In this document: positions 23,831-39,101 of the stretch, one piece after another
Position numbering within the stretch: position 1 is the first letter of the stretch
How the letters are laid out: each line of letters starts with the position of its first letter
Source: Vitrella brassicaformis CCMP3155
Lineage: Eukaryota > Protista > Chromerida
Direction: 5' to 3'
DNA length: 44,727 nucleotides
NCBI GenBank assembly: GCA_001179505.1
Contig: CDMY01000602.1
Coordinates: 1-44,727 of the forward strand
Made by a program: the position numbers and the translations under genes
Notes under the pieces: model-generated
Database searches by the model: none
What the model was told of the DNA's origin: nothing
Seen by the model: only the letters and a program-made list of their open reading frames with translations

Positions 23831-25359
23831 GCATCTTCCTGCTCAGGACGATGGCCGCCGGGGAGGGGCGGCCGAGGCGGCAGGCTTGCTTCGCTTCTGC
23901 CTGCCCACTGCAAGCACCACAAACAGACAGACAGACAGACAGTGGAAGGCGCGAGGGGCGGACAGCATCACCATCATCGCCAGAGGCCAGATCAAAGAGC
24001 ACATCCAACCACCTCATGAAGAGAGGGAATGGCATATCCCGGCATTCATGCCTCAGATCCCTCCTGCTGCCTCTGATCTTCGCAGCTTTCGGTGCAGAGA
24101 CCCATTGGCTGGCTGCAGCAGATCGCAATGGATGGCGGCGGCCTGCTGAATGAATGCAGCTGCGGGAGAGCCGTACATAATGATGGCCAGCGGGATAGCC
24201 CCAGGGCTGATGCACGAGGCAGATCATGCTGCGGAGAGGGAAGAAGGCAGTGCGGCAAAGTGGCCCATTCATGGGATGACGACATCTCCTCAGTCGGCCG
24301 CTGCAGAGCTGCATTTCGGCCTCCTGTAATGAATATTTGGCGCCGTTGTCGATCTTTGGCGCACAGCTCGCAATTCCGTGAAACGATCCTTGGGCACTCG
24401 TTGCCGAGTGCATTGAAGACAACTCGTGTGGTTCTGACCCGATTACCTGGAGCGTTGGGTGACAGGGGGACCACGAGATGCCGCCGGATGGATCCTGACC
24501 CTCTTGGCCTGCCCTCCCGACCTCTGAGGTCAGACGCACGAGACGACTGCGGTGATCAGAGCCCGCCCAGTCACAGGCCACTCCTCTCGGGGGGGGTCTG
24601 ACCAGTCCGATGAAAGTGCGCCAGTGCGAGTAATCGGACGGCACAGTGCGGGAGCTGGTGAAGCGGTCCGTTCGCCAGCGATGCCCTCACTATAAACGAA
24701 GTCCAGGACCTGCACCGCCACCCCACACGAGGTGGTGACCTCCCCCTCTCTCTCGGCTACACCGCACCATGAAGGTACACACAGCACAGCAGCCGACACG
24801 ACACTTGAATGCACGAGACCAAACATGTGCTCATGTCGTTGTGTGTGTACTTGCTGCTGATGCAGACTGCCGGCATTGCCAAGGCGACAGGCAGCCGCGG
24901 AATTATGCAGCTCACTCTCAGCTGGTCATCGCCCAAGAAGACCAAGAAGTCCCCCCGCGACCACTGATGGGCAAGGGAGAGAGAGGAAGGGATGGCGATG
25001 TCGCTGAGCCGCTCCCCTGACGAGTCTCGCGACCCCTCCAATCAGCTGACCAACACAACACAACAGCCAACCACTCTGGTGCCACTGGGCACCACCACGT
25101 GACCCCTGCCATGCCATCCATCAGGGCCCTGACTGCATGTGTGCCGTGTATCCTGTGGGCCCTCTGTGAGCGCATGTGTGTGTGTGTGTGTGTGTGTGTC
25201 AGGTCGCCACTGAGGTGTCGGCAGTCGGGCTGTTGGTGAGCGACGTTCATTGCCAAGAGGCAAATCAACCATTGTCATTCAAAGGCATTTATTGGGTGGA
25301 GGGTGTGAATGAGCACTGGTCTATCTTTTGGTGTGGTTGTATGTGATGTGTGTGTGCAG

Positions 25360-25501
25360 AAGGGTGTTGAGAAGGACCATAGCTGCCGTCCGTCGGCAAA
25401 TTATACATATTGCCAGGCAGCTGGATGATGGTTGCCCGCTGACGGACTCCGGCGTGGTGGACGGCTCGACGATTCATGTCATCCTGCGGCTCAAGAGGTG
25501 A
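25360..25501 (+). pseudogene. Ubiquitin/NEDD8-like C-terminal remnant
   Basis: RQIIHIARQLDDGCPLTDSGVVDGSTIHVILRLKR* vs ubiquitin [29 protein letters not shown]. GG absent and upstream frame broken. Confidence 0.6.
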
Positions 25502-26022
25502 CAGACCGAAGGCTAGATGGAGAGGGAGGGAGGAAGCGAGGAGAATGATGCATGCCAGGATAGTTTGCAAGGCATGCATGCATCATTCTTCTCGACTGAC
25601 TCACCGCACCGCCCCTCTCGGACTTGTTTGTTTTGTGGCTGACGAACGGGGGATTGGCTGGGCGGCTCGCGTGCGGCTTAGCTACCCTCTTATCCTGCAT
25701 GCTACGCGCTGTGCTGTGCCGTGATTGGGTGTTCTATTAGCTAGTGCACTCCCTGCACTGTGGTCCATCCACCTAAAGGGACGGGCGTCGATGTTGGGTT
25801 TAGGTGGTCGTGTGGGTAGGAGGCCGCGCGTGGCGGTGCTGCATGGCATATGCAGGAGTGTGTGGACCACTTTTTGCATAGCAGGGTTTTGCTACCAGGG
25901 TTTGTGCGCGCTTTGCTTGCAGGCGAAAGGAATAAGCTGCTTCCAGATCCGTCTCTTCGCCCATGATGAACCTCTTGGCGCCCATGTTGAAGATGCTGTG
26001 TGGAGCTCCCGGGGTGGCCGCC

Positions 26023-26582
26023 ATGGACAGCCGGATCTCTTGTCGCGTCACTCTGGCCTTGCTGGCCGTTATGGTGCCCTGGTTGACTGCGCACTCGCCA
26101 TCGACAGGACGCAGCAACACGCTGGTGGGTGGAGATAGATGCCGGGGGATTTTGGGAGAAGGCGTGAACGCATCGCATGGCATGTGTCTGTGGAGCCCTC
26201 ACCTCTTGGTTCGTGTTTGTTCTGTGTGTGTCTGTCGATCTGCAGGTTGGCGCCGGCGCCGCATTCCTTCGCCCCTCTGTCCGCACTCTGCCTTCTGTGG
26301 CACGGTGGCACCGTGGGATCAGTCAGCCCCCTTACCTGCTGCGCAGCATTCAGAGGGCCGCCTCGACGAGTTCCGGCGGACGCCAAGGTGGGAGCGCTGT
26401 GCAGAGAGGTCAAGGCGTTGCCTCGCTACCCAGCTGGGTACATCAACCCAGGAAACGTCCTTCTGCAGAACCAATCCATCAGCGTTGCCGACACTGTGGC
26501 TGAAGCGTTCAAGAATGTGGGCGACTGCGGCCGCAATCCGATACGCTTCTTCATCAAGCGAGCGCCAAGTGAGACGAAATAA
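26023..26582 (+). CDS. Hypothetical small protein, possibly with signal peptide
   Basis: MDSRISCRVTLALLAVMVPWLTAHS-like leader, a GT..CAG intron candidate ending at 26244, and a protein-like tail LCREVKALPRYPAGYINPGNVLL...IRFFIKRAPSETK*. Exon phase unresolved. Confidence 0.25.
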
Positions 26583-28639
26583 ATGGGAAGATCGAAAGCT
26601 ACACCTATGGGCTGGATGGGCACATGGTCTCTCCCTGTATGTGTGTTGTGGCGTGGTTTGTTTCAGGGCCTGTTCGATGGGCGCTCCTTTTCCCTATCGG
26701 TCTGCCCGTTCCCATATACGACTAGTCGCCCGACATACATACCGTGCCCCGGGGCCGTCCGAGAGCACATTCATTCAAGAGGTCTTGCGGGCAGCCGCCA
26801 CCGATAACCAGCCAACGACACGTGCGTCGATTGATGACTCCTGCCTGCTATCTGTTCCTGTTGCCATATGGTGTGTTGTGGGCGGTAGACTGTTGGGCAG
26901 CGACTGTTGGGCAGTGGGCAGCGACTGTTGGGTAGCGAGAGAGACTGTCCGCCACCGATGGATGCATCAGCGCAGCACGGCTGCATCTCTGTGCGTCGGG
27001 GTGATCTGATCATTCGACTACCACACCCACCACACTTGCGACGTATTTGTTGTCTGCGAAGCGTTTGCTGCATTTCATATGTACAGTAGGGTGTTTGCCC
27101 TTTGAGACGTAGGGTGAGACAAGCGTCGTTTCATTCGTTGTGTCAGGTGTGTGACGCGTACTGTGTATAATATGAGCGTGTGAACAAGTGTTGCTCGGCA
27201 ACAAACGATTGGTTGCCCCGAAAACAAACAGGCAATCGAATTTTCCGTGGCCAAGGCAGGTACGTGCGTGCTGCTAAATCGACCGCCGCTTCTTTGTGTG
27301 CTTTTTCCGTGAGCCGAAGCGCCAGCACACGGATATCCTCCCCAGCCCAGCCAGCCGTCATTGCATCGTGCTGCCCCGTAGTAGTCGAACTGATGAGTAC
27401 ATGTTGCCATGGACGGATGGTGCGTGCCAGGATGTGATCCACGGCGCAACTATGGCTGGCCTGCCTCCCTGTCTGTCTGTCTGCTGGGATGAACGAACGG
27501 ATGGATGGATGGATGGCGTGACAGAGTGACCGAGAATGCTTGGATGGGTGACCGATGAAGCTGGTTGCTGCCTGTACACTCCACATCACACGATGCGGCG
27601 TCTGTTCATTCACACACAATCCATTCATCCCCTCAGTGGACTCTATTCACTCGTCATTCGTCCATCACACACACACACATACACACACATAACCCGGCTG
27701 GACAGCCACACACGAACACCCACACGCAATACACGCACAAATACACTCACACACACATAGCTGTCCCATCAAGAAGCGCCGAGCCCCCACCGGCTGCACA
27801 GCACCGCACCCGACACGGCCGGCATGCGGCAGACAGAGAGAGAGAGAGAGAGATACAGGCGCACACACGACAGATACATAATACACACCACTCCAACGCA
27901 CACGACACGATATGACCATACACCCACCCCCACGACAGACATTCCATTCAACACACGCATACACACAGCCTGTTCGTTCTGACTTCAACAAAAGGGATTG
28001 GCTCGCAGATCCTCTCCGGCTACCTAGGTAGCTCACGCACACGCACACACGCACACACACACATGCGGTGGGACAGACAGATCTATCACGCCACGGACTC
28101 ACAGAGAGAGACAGAAGACAGCAGCCAGCTGGGAGGCAGGGAGGGGAGTGCACTATACCAGTCAAAAGTACATTCACTGATAGAGACACCGACACACTCA
28201 CACACACACTGTCAGCCTGCCTGCCTGTCTGCCACTTCCCCTGTGTGTGTGTAGACATGTCACGTACGCCAACCAACCAAGAGAAAGGAAGACCTTTCCT
28301 ACGACACCAATCAATCAGGCGCACCCACACCCACAGAAAAACACACCTATACATAACATACAAGGAAAACACCCACACATTGCCATTGCACACACCCACA
28401 CCCACACCCACACCCACACAGCTGGCTGGCGAGACAGTGGCGAGACGACCCCGGCAGCCAGTATGACACCTGGCCATGTAACATATACCGTTGATTGGGC
28501 CATGCATACCGTCAGCCACAAGATGCATTACACACACACACACAGCTGAAACCCCTTCCACCCATCCCTCCCCGCCACCACACACAGCGCTTACACACAC
28601 ATAGGCACGCAGCCAGGAGGGCCTCTGTCTGTCGCTCAA

Positions 28640-29375
28640 TCAGAGCTTGTCGAGGAAGTTGTCGAGTGATGGTATGTCCTCTTTGAGATTCTTGCGCCTC
28701 CGGATGGCCTTGACGAGCTCCTCGGTCTTGCCGCCCTTCTCGAGGGGGTCGCCCTGGACCACCGCCCAGTGATCGAACACACACTGGGGGAACGCCTTGC
28801 CGCCCGTCGCCAAACGCAGATCCGTTGTGAACCCTGCACACCACACCATAAGATGACACACACTCATCTCATCTATCGCCCGCAGGCAATGGGGTGATAT
28901 ATATACCATGTATATGTGTGTGTGTGTGTGCGTGTGCGTGTGCGTGTGTCCGACCGAATGACTTGGCAACGGGCAGGTGCGCCTTGACGTTGACGAGTGG
29001 CGTCCCCTCCTTCTGTAGCTCAGAGATGACGTGGCCGCGGCGCTGGTTGAGGGTGCTGTAGATGCCGCCCACCTCAGCCTGATTGATTCATGGAGAGAAG
29101 AAATGCAGCCATGAAGCCACTGAGTGAGCCACAGGCAGGCAGGCAGGCAGGCCTGTGTGTATGTGTGTACCTACCTGTGTGCAGGTGATGTCGACGAGGA
29201 AGATGGGCTCCAGCAGCCGCGGGGCCGCCAGCATCTCAGCGGCGTAGCACACACGACGCATCGCGGGCACAATCTGACCGCCGCCCCTGTATGTCACACA
29301 CACACACACACACACAAGGGCGAGAGAAAGGTGCGTGCACCGCGCCAGCCATTGATTGGGACATGTGTGTCTATA

Positions 29376-29412
<37 letters not shown>

Positions 29413-29821
29413 ACAGACACACCTGTGTGGGGCGTCTGAGTGTATCTTTGCATCCAGGATATTGAACCGGACGCCCCGCACAGTCTCCTCGCACAGGACG
29501 CCATCCTTGGTGGCCCACTGCAGGCCGCTGGCGCAGTGGTCCTTGATCTCGTTCATATACTGGACACCTGCACACACAGACAGACAGACAGACAGACACA
29601 AAGATGGAGGGAGTGAGAGAGAAAGAGGGCAGGGTATGTGTGTGTGAATGCGTGCCTGTGGTCTTGTCAATGAGGACGTTTGGTCCGGTGGTCTCGGGCC
29701 CGAAACACCATATTTTGAGGCCATCGTTCTTGTCCTGACACCAACACGACAGACAGACAGACAGACAGACAGTGGCAATGTTGGCTGATGTGCCGGTCGT
29801 CCAGGCCGTCTCTGTCTCTCT

Positions 29822-29853
<32 letters not shown>

Positions 29854-30064
29854 TGAGGGCGTTGGATTGGCTACCCAGTTGTACTTCTCCGTAAGGACCC
29901 TTGCCCGCTCTTTGGGGTCGTCGCGCGCCGTGATGATGCCCTTGTCGATGTCGTCAGCCAATCCATCCGGAAATGGCTCAGCCTGCAAGCACACACACAC
30001 ACACACAGACACAGAGGAATAGAGAGACCCGCTGTTAGCCGTTCTGTCCTGTTGCTGCCACGGT

Positions 30065-30095
<31 letters not shown>

Positions 30096-32880
30096 GCTAC
30101 CGTGCAGAAGAGTCGGTTTAGTTTGTTGGCTGATTTGGCCAGGCACACCTGGGATGAGCTCTGGGACACCGTCTCGCGGTAGGACACGATGGGGTCCGAC
30201 ACGTCGATGTCGATCTGGGCGTACTCCTCCCTCAGGTCCTTGATGCAGATCTCAATGTGCAGATCACCGCAACCTAACAACCAACACAGCGGTGTGTGTG
30301 TGTGTGTGCGTGTGTGTGTCGGTACTTACCTGCGACGATGTGCTCGCCGGATTCCTCAGTTGTGCAGACGACGAGCGGGTCCGACTTGGAGAGGCGCCTG
30401 AGGCCCTCAACCAGCTTGGGAAGCTCCTTTGGGTCTTTGGGCTTGACGGCCACGCGCACCACAGGCGACACGCTGTACTTCATGTCGGTGACGTTGTGCG
30501 CCTGATCCCATGTGGTGATCGTCCCCGACTTGAGAAGGTACCTATTGTGCGTCATCCATCGAGACGGCCAGGTGTCTGTGGGTGTCTGTCTGTCTGTGTG
30601 TGGGGTGTTTGCTGGCCTACTGGTCGACTCCGACAAGGGCGACTGTATTGCCGCACGGAACATCCTCCACCTGTCCATCAGCATAACACATAACATGTGT
30701 CACCGCGTCTCGTCTACTTGTGTATGTGTGTGGCTGACCCTGTGGAATTTGTTGCCCATCATGAGCACAGTTCGCTGAATGTTTTTGACCGTCACGTCCT
30801 CCTTGCCGCCCGGCACGTAGTGCGGCCCCTGGATGCGCACCTTCTGGCCCGTCGCAATCGTGCCCGAAAACACCCGACCGAACGCATAGAAGCGGCCCTT
30901 CTCGTTGGCTGGCACCATCTTAGACACGTACATCATCAAGGGGCCGTTCGGGTCACAATTCCTGCACACACACACACACACACACACACATGGATGCACC
31001 CACCCCTCCGCCACCCTCTGTGTGTGTGTGTGTGTGTGTGTGCGGACTACCTGATGGCGTTGGCGGCTTCGTCGTCCATAGGCCCCTCATAGAGGCTGGC
31101 CACGCGGTACCGCTGCGCCTCGACTGGCGAGGGCAGGTGCGCGACGATCATGTTGAGCAGTGTGTCGCCCGCACTGAGCCACTCCTGCATCACACACTTC
31201 AGCAACGCCTTGCCCGTCTTCTCCTTGTCGGCCGCTGCATATCACACACACACACAGGGAGGGAGGGAGGGAGGGCTTAAGGTGAGGAGGGTACAGTCGG
31301 GTGCGGTGTGATGTGATACATACCTTTGAGGACGACCCCCATGTTCTCGAGGAACTTGGTGTACTTCTCCTTGTCGTCAGTCATGATACTGGTGGGTGCC
31401 GCCGGATCACACACGCACACACACACACACACAGAGGGAGAGAGAGAGAGAGAGGAGTTGCTGGCCTGCCTGTGTTGCGCATTTGATCAGGAAGACGCCT
31501 ACCTGGTGAAGACTTGGCAGATGGGGTCCATAATGAGCTCACAGAATCCGCGGCGGCTCTCATTGTCGGCAGTCCTGGACCACCTCTTTGTCCGGGGATT
31601 GAAGTAGTTGTCGCCCCACAAACGCTGTAATACGCACACACATGCTGGTCGTGGGCTGCTCCTCTGATCACTGCCTGCCTGCCTGCCTACCTGCATCATC
31701 TTGTCCTTCTCGACGCCGTACTTTTTGGCGTAGATCCTGGCGAACACGTCAATCGTGAAGGCCCACCCCTGCAGACCTGACCCAAAGCTCACGGTACCCT
31801 GCCACACACACACACACACGTGGTGGGTCGGTTGTTTGGTCGGGGTGTGTGTGTGTGTGTGTGCGTGTGTGTGTTGTACAGACCTGCTCAGGGTAGATCT
31901 GGGCGTCGCCCATGAAATCATCATTGTAGGTGGCGATGACCACATTGACGCTCTCTATCGCACGCTTAAACTTCTGCACAACACACACACACACACACAC
32001 ACAGGGAGGCGTTCAGCCAACAGTCGTGTGCTTGCTTGTGCCCCCGCTCCACTGCCCCATTGCCTGCCTGTCTGCCTGCCTGTACGTGTGTGCGGCCTTC
32101 AGATACCTGGTAGATGTCCTCTCCGTCCATCTGCAGCTCGAGGATTGCCCTGTCGACCTTGTTGACGTGCAGCACCGGGCGGACCCGCTCCTGCAGTGCC
32201 TGACGCAGCACCGTCTCGGTCTGGGCGCAGACGCCCTCAACGGTGTCCACCACCACCAACGCACCGTCCGTCACACGCAACGCCGCCGTCACCTCGGACG
32301 AAAAATCCACGTGGCCCGGCGAGTCGATCAAACTGCTCACATGGATGGCAAACACACACACACACACACATGGATGGATGGATGTGCTGTCTTGAGACTC
32401 ACGTGTGTGGCTGTGCTGTGTGTGTATAGTTTACTTGATGAGGAACGGCTGTTGGCCCTTGTCGTCCTCCAAGTCCGCCTCGAAGTAGAGTGAGATGCCG
32501 GTTGACTTGATGGTGATGCACCGCTCCTGCTCGTCCTGTCGGACGTCGGTGAAGCGGACGTCGCCAGCCGCCCTCGACGCGATGATGCCGGCCTTGCTCA
32601 CCAAAGAGTCGGTGAGGGTCGACTTGCCGTGGTCAACACTGATGATTGAGGCAGCACAACAGTGGTCATCATGATTCTGTGTGTGTGTGTGTGTGTGGAT
32701 GGCTGGCTGCCTGCGTTGGTGGTTTCCTTACTGTGCGATGACAGACAGGCAGCGAACGTTCTTGGGCCTGTCCATGATCTCCCTAATCTGATCCACTGTG
32801 AAGTTCACCTAAACACACGTCATGCAGAGAGAGGTGATTGACACAATGTGTGTGTGTGTGTTGGCAAGAGAGCTTACCAT
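28640..32880 (-). CDS. EEF2: Eukaryotic elongation factor 2, divergent, about 18 exons
   Basis: ATG|gtaag at 32880; [12 protein letters not shown]...[15 protein letters not shown]...[12 protein letters not shown]; [24 protein letters not shown]; [13 protein letters not shown]; HRGGGQ; ends LDNFLDKL* at 28640. Confidence 0.97.
30962..31050 (-). repeat. Representative intron with complementary (CA)n 5' and (TG)n 3' microsatellites
   Basis: Sense strand: gtagtccg(ca)~11...atccat(gt/tg)~13cag. The same architecture occurs in many USO1, SET, EEF2 and KARI introns. Confidence 0.9.
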
Positions 32881-33252
32881 CGTCACTGGTGCGCAGGGAT
32901 CACAAGCACAGTCGACAAAAAACAGACGAGAAAAGACGAGTGCTACTGTCGCGGTTATGCAAGCTCTTCTCTCGACAAAACGACAAAGACAGAAGCCAAG
33001 ATGGGACAGAACGGCAAAAAAAAACGCGATCTCTCTCTCCTGTCATGTCTAAGCTCGCACTCATTTGCCGATCGCTTTTTGTCCAGGCCTTTTCCCATTG
33101 CAGGTGCGTCAGGGGGCGGCCAGGCTTGCTCATCTGAACAGTAGTGGTGCGGGGTCTTGAACTTCACACCCTGGTCCTCGTCTCGTAAATCTCGCCTCTC
33201 CCAGGATCTCTCCAAACTATTCGACTCGACTCTGAAGACTCCCGCCTCCAGC

Positions 33253-34536
33253 ATGCCCCTCTCGCGTCGCTTCTCGTCGTGGCGCCTGTCTTCTCATCTC
33301 CATCGGCGAGTGGTGGCTGTCTTGCCGACGCAAGCGGGCGTCGCTTCCGCCTCTCGCCATCAATATCTGCTGGGTTCCTACCGGTTTACTGCGCTCGGCG
33401 CCAGCACGGCCCTCCCTCTCTTCACCACTCCATTGCAGCAGCAGCAGCAGCAGCACCGCCGCCTCTTCACAAGCACCGACCATGACGTCCTCTTGCAGCG
33501 GTGGCAGAAGAGGCAACGGAGGCTCATCAGCAACTCGGGTGTGCAGTGTGTGATGGATCTGCTGAGGCGACGGTTTGTTGTAGAGAGGACCTATGAGATG
33601 GCCCATGCGGACCTCGCTGTCCGGCCCTTTGGTGTGGGTGAAGATCTGTGGCTACCGGTGCAAGTCAAGACATGCGGGGAGAAGACCAACTACGGCTTTT
33701 GGTTCTTTAATGGTGTTCACCAATATCCCGGCATGGCGGTCGTCTGTGTGGCTCTTTCGGACTTCCGCATCTGGTGCTACAGCGGATCCATACTGCAGCA
33801 GAGGGGTGGATGTGGGAAACTCACTGTGTGTGAGAATGGCAAGTGGGACCATGAGAGCTTCCGGTGCTCCACAGAGCTTGATGGGCCGGCATCTCTGTCG
33901 CACAAGCTGCTGCTGGCCTATCAGGACCGTTTCTTCATCAAGGACTCGCTGACGAATGTCACGAAGCGGCGCACAGAGACCAGCCGGAAGGGCGAGGCAT
34001 CCATTGCCGCGTGGGCCCCGCTGCTGTATGCTGCTGGTGTGGAGGTCCGTCAGGAGCTCATCTACGAGAGCACACCTGTTGATTCCGTCTGGCGGTGGAA
34101 TGGGAAGAAATTCCTCATTCAGCACAAACTGGCGCCCCTTCACTCCGGCAACAACAACGGCTCATATTGCGTCGTTCTTCGCAAGGGCGCCGGCAAGAAA
34201 GAAGGGCGCCGCATCTTTCAGCTGTACGATGGGGATGACTTTGATTTGCTCGCCGTCTCGCTGCCTGGTGATCGCTACTTCAATCTCATTGCCATGGAGG
34301 CGCCGGTGCACCGGGGGGTGGTGAACGGACACGGGGAGAGACGTCAGTGCACGAGCGCAACAGTTATGTTATGGACCCCAGAGGCAGAGGCCATGCAGAG
34401 AGTCAGGGAGGAGAAGCGAGGCAGGGGCGGCAGGGCTGACTTTTGGGCGAATGAGTATCTGATTGACACACATGCAGATGATGGCGGGGTGGGGAGGCTG
34501 CATGCTATCCTTGAGGGTGCCAAATGCTCGACATGA
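33253..34536 (+). CDS. Intronless tandem PD-(D/E)XK nuclease-fold protein with predicted mitochondrial presequence
   Basis: Open 427-aa frame from MPLSRRFSSWRLSS. Motifs ADLAVRP..WLPVQVKT, PVDSVW..FLIQHK and YDGDDFDLLAV..YFNLI. Confidence 0.75.
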   Translation: MPLSRRFSSWRLSSHLHRRVVAVLPTQAGVASASRHQYLLGSYRFTALGASTALPLFTTPLQQQQQQHRRLFTSTDHDVLLQRWQKRQRRLISNSGVQCVMDLLRRRFVVERTYEMAHADLAVRPFGVGEDLWLPVQVKTCGEKTNYGFWFFNGVHQYPGMAVVCVALSDFRIWCYSGSILQQRGGCGKLTVCENGKWDHESFRCSTELDGPASLSHKLLLAYQDRFFIKDSLTNVTKRRTETSRKGEASIAAWAPLLYAAGVEVRQELIYESTPVDSVWRWNGKKFLIQHKLAPLHSGNNNGSYCVVLRKGAGKKEGRRIFQLYDGDDFDLLAVSLPGDRYFNLIAMEAPVHRGVVNGHGERRQCTSATVMLWTPEAEAMQRVREEKRGRGGRADFWANEYLIDTHADDGGVGRLHAILEGAKCST

Positions 34537-34874
34537 CATTGTTTCTGGTGCTGAGTGCCTGGAGTCACGTGACACATCCCGGTGTCTGTCACGTGTACAG
34601 CGTACATCTTGGCGTGTGTGCAGGTGTGATGCATACAGACGTGCGACACAAGTTGATGCCATGATATCGATGTCCGTCCGTCCGCATGAATTCAATGGAT
34701 ATGTACAACCAACCAGCACTACACACGACACACACATACAGCACACTGACAACCACTGAAAAACAACCCACACCTTTGCTGCTCGGCGGACTAATTAACT
34801 GGCAGACGCACACGTCCACACACACACTCACACGCGGCCCCTCTTCTTCTCTCCCCGCCCAGCCCATCCTGTGG

Positions 34875-36286
34875 TCATCTCTCGGCCGTGCTGCTGCTGC
34901 GTGTCCCCCCACCCGCCCCACCGGGATCGCTCCCGCCGCCCTGCCCACCCGCCCCATGGCCCCTCTCCCTCACCACACCCCCCGTGGCGTGGCTGTCACT
35001 CTGTTGTGTGGACGAGGAAATGGTCGTGACGGGCACATTGGCAGGGCCGGCAGTGGTGGGTAGCCGGGCATCGTCAGCAGTGGGGGGCGGGGAGAGTGAG
35101 GTACCGGCGGGGCGCACCTTAATCTCGCTGTACCACGCCTGCACATACAGAAGGGGTAAGGTGTCTGGTGTGGCGGCTGTTTGGTTGGCTTGGTTGGCTT
35201 ACGGCGTTCTTTCGGTGTTCGATGATCTCAGAGACGACGATCCAGAGTGACATGCCGACCACAATGAGCACCACCGCCAGCAGGACGTGCAGATAAACCG
35301 TCAAGGCACGGATCGACGCCTCGTAAAACGTCTAGACAGACAGACCACACATCACACATGGATAAATGGATGGATGGATGGATTCATGGAAGCCGGGTAC
35401 TGCACTAGTGGCACACACCTTGGCTGCGCCGAGTTGTGCGGTTTCCTTGGCGGCGGCCTCTCTCCGCTGCTTGTCGGCCCTCTTGGCATCGTCATAGGCT
35501 CGGCTGGACACGCACACGCACACACAGACGCGACCAATGTCTGTCTGTCTGTCTGTCTGTTATTCTGTCTGTCTGTCCGTTTGGCATATTTGCTTACGCC
35601 ATGACTTTCTGTCTGTGCCTCTTGAGAGTGGCCACGGCCCACTTCTTCAGTGCAGTCGCCTCACGCTCCTCGTCGTACACATACCGATCGCCATCCACCG
35701 CTCTGTATTTCGCGACAGCACAATCAATCAGACGTGTGCATCCCTATTTGGCTGCTGCACTGTTGGCAGCGTACAGTATGAGTGTTGGGTATCCCTCGAC
35801 GTGGTAGTCCTCACAGATCTCCCGGTACTTGTCGCAGTCCACCTCGCCCACAGAGAAGTCCAAACGCTCTGGCACACACACACACACACAGACACACACA
35901 CACAGACGCACCTTCACGTGTGCCGCCTGTGTGCCCGTTCGCTGACGCACCTCTGTGGACCTCTTCGGCGAGTTGGTCCCAGATGGGAGCCAGCTTCTGG
36001 CAGTGGCTGCACCACTGACACATACACAAACAACACACAGACTCATACAGACGGCCACACGTGTGTGTGTGCGAATGAGTTTGTGGCTGTGACTGACCGG
36101 TGCGAAGAATTTGACAAAGTAAGGTTTGTTCTTGAGGTGCTGCTCCATGTTGTACTTGTTCAGCACCACCGTCCGCCGCACCGCTACAGCCACCTCACAC
36201 CATCCCAGACACAGCAACAGCAACAGCAGCACAGCCGAGGAAGCAGCCAAGCCAAGAAAGCCGAAACTACGGTGAAATGGCGTCAT
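34875..36286 (-). CDS. Thioredoxin-like transmembrane protein (TMX/PDI family)
   Basis: Signal peptide, FVKFFAP|WCSHCQKLAPIWDQLA, GEVDCD...VEGYPTLIL, then TM helix VLLAVVLIVVGMSLWIVV and a low-complexity tail ending at 34875. Confidence 0.85.
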
Positions 36287-36430
36287 TCTGTGATGCGCGA
36301 GAGTCCTCACGAACTCCTTGCTCCCGACAATTGCGAGCTTGAATGCCGATCTGCCCTTCCCAAAAACTCTTCGCCGCGAGGGCTCATTGTCGCCTTGTAC
36401 ACGTCGAGAATGCTGTGGAACGGCGAGCTT

Positions 36431-39101
<2,671 letters not shown>

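Larger units (their letters stand above)
20250..25278 (+). repeat. Left arm of ~5 kb inverted duplication
   Basis: Colinear with the reverse complement of 39625-44323 along its length (checked by eye at both ends and in several internal blocks). Confidence 0.9.

Noticed and set aside
27665-28639. 324-aa minus ORF and similar VCVC/THTH-rich ORFs throughout
   Set aside because: Artefacts of (TG)n/(CA)n repeats lacking stop codons.
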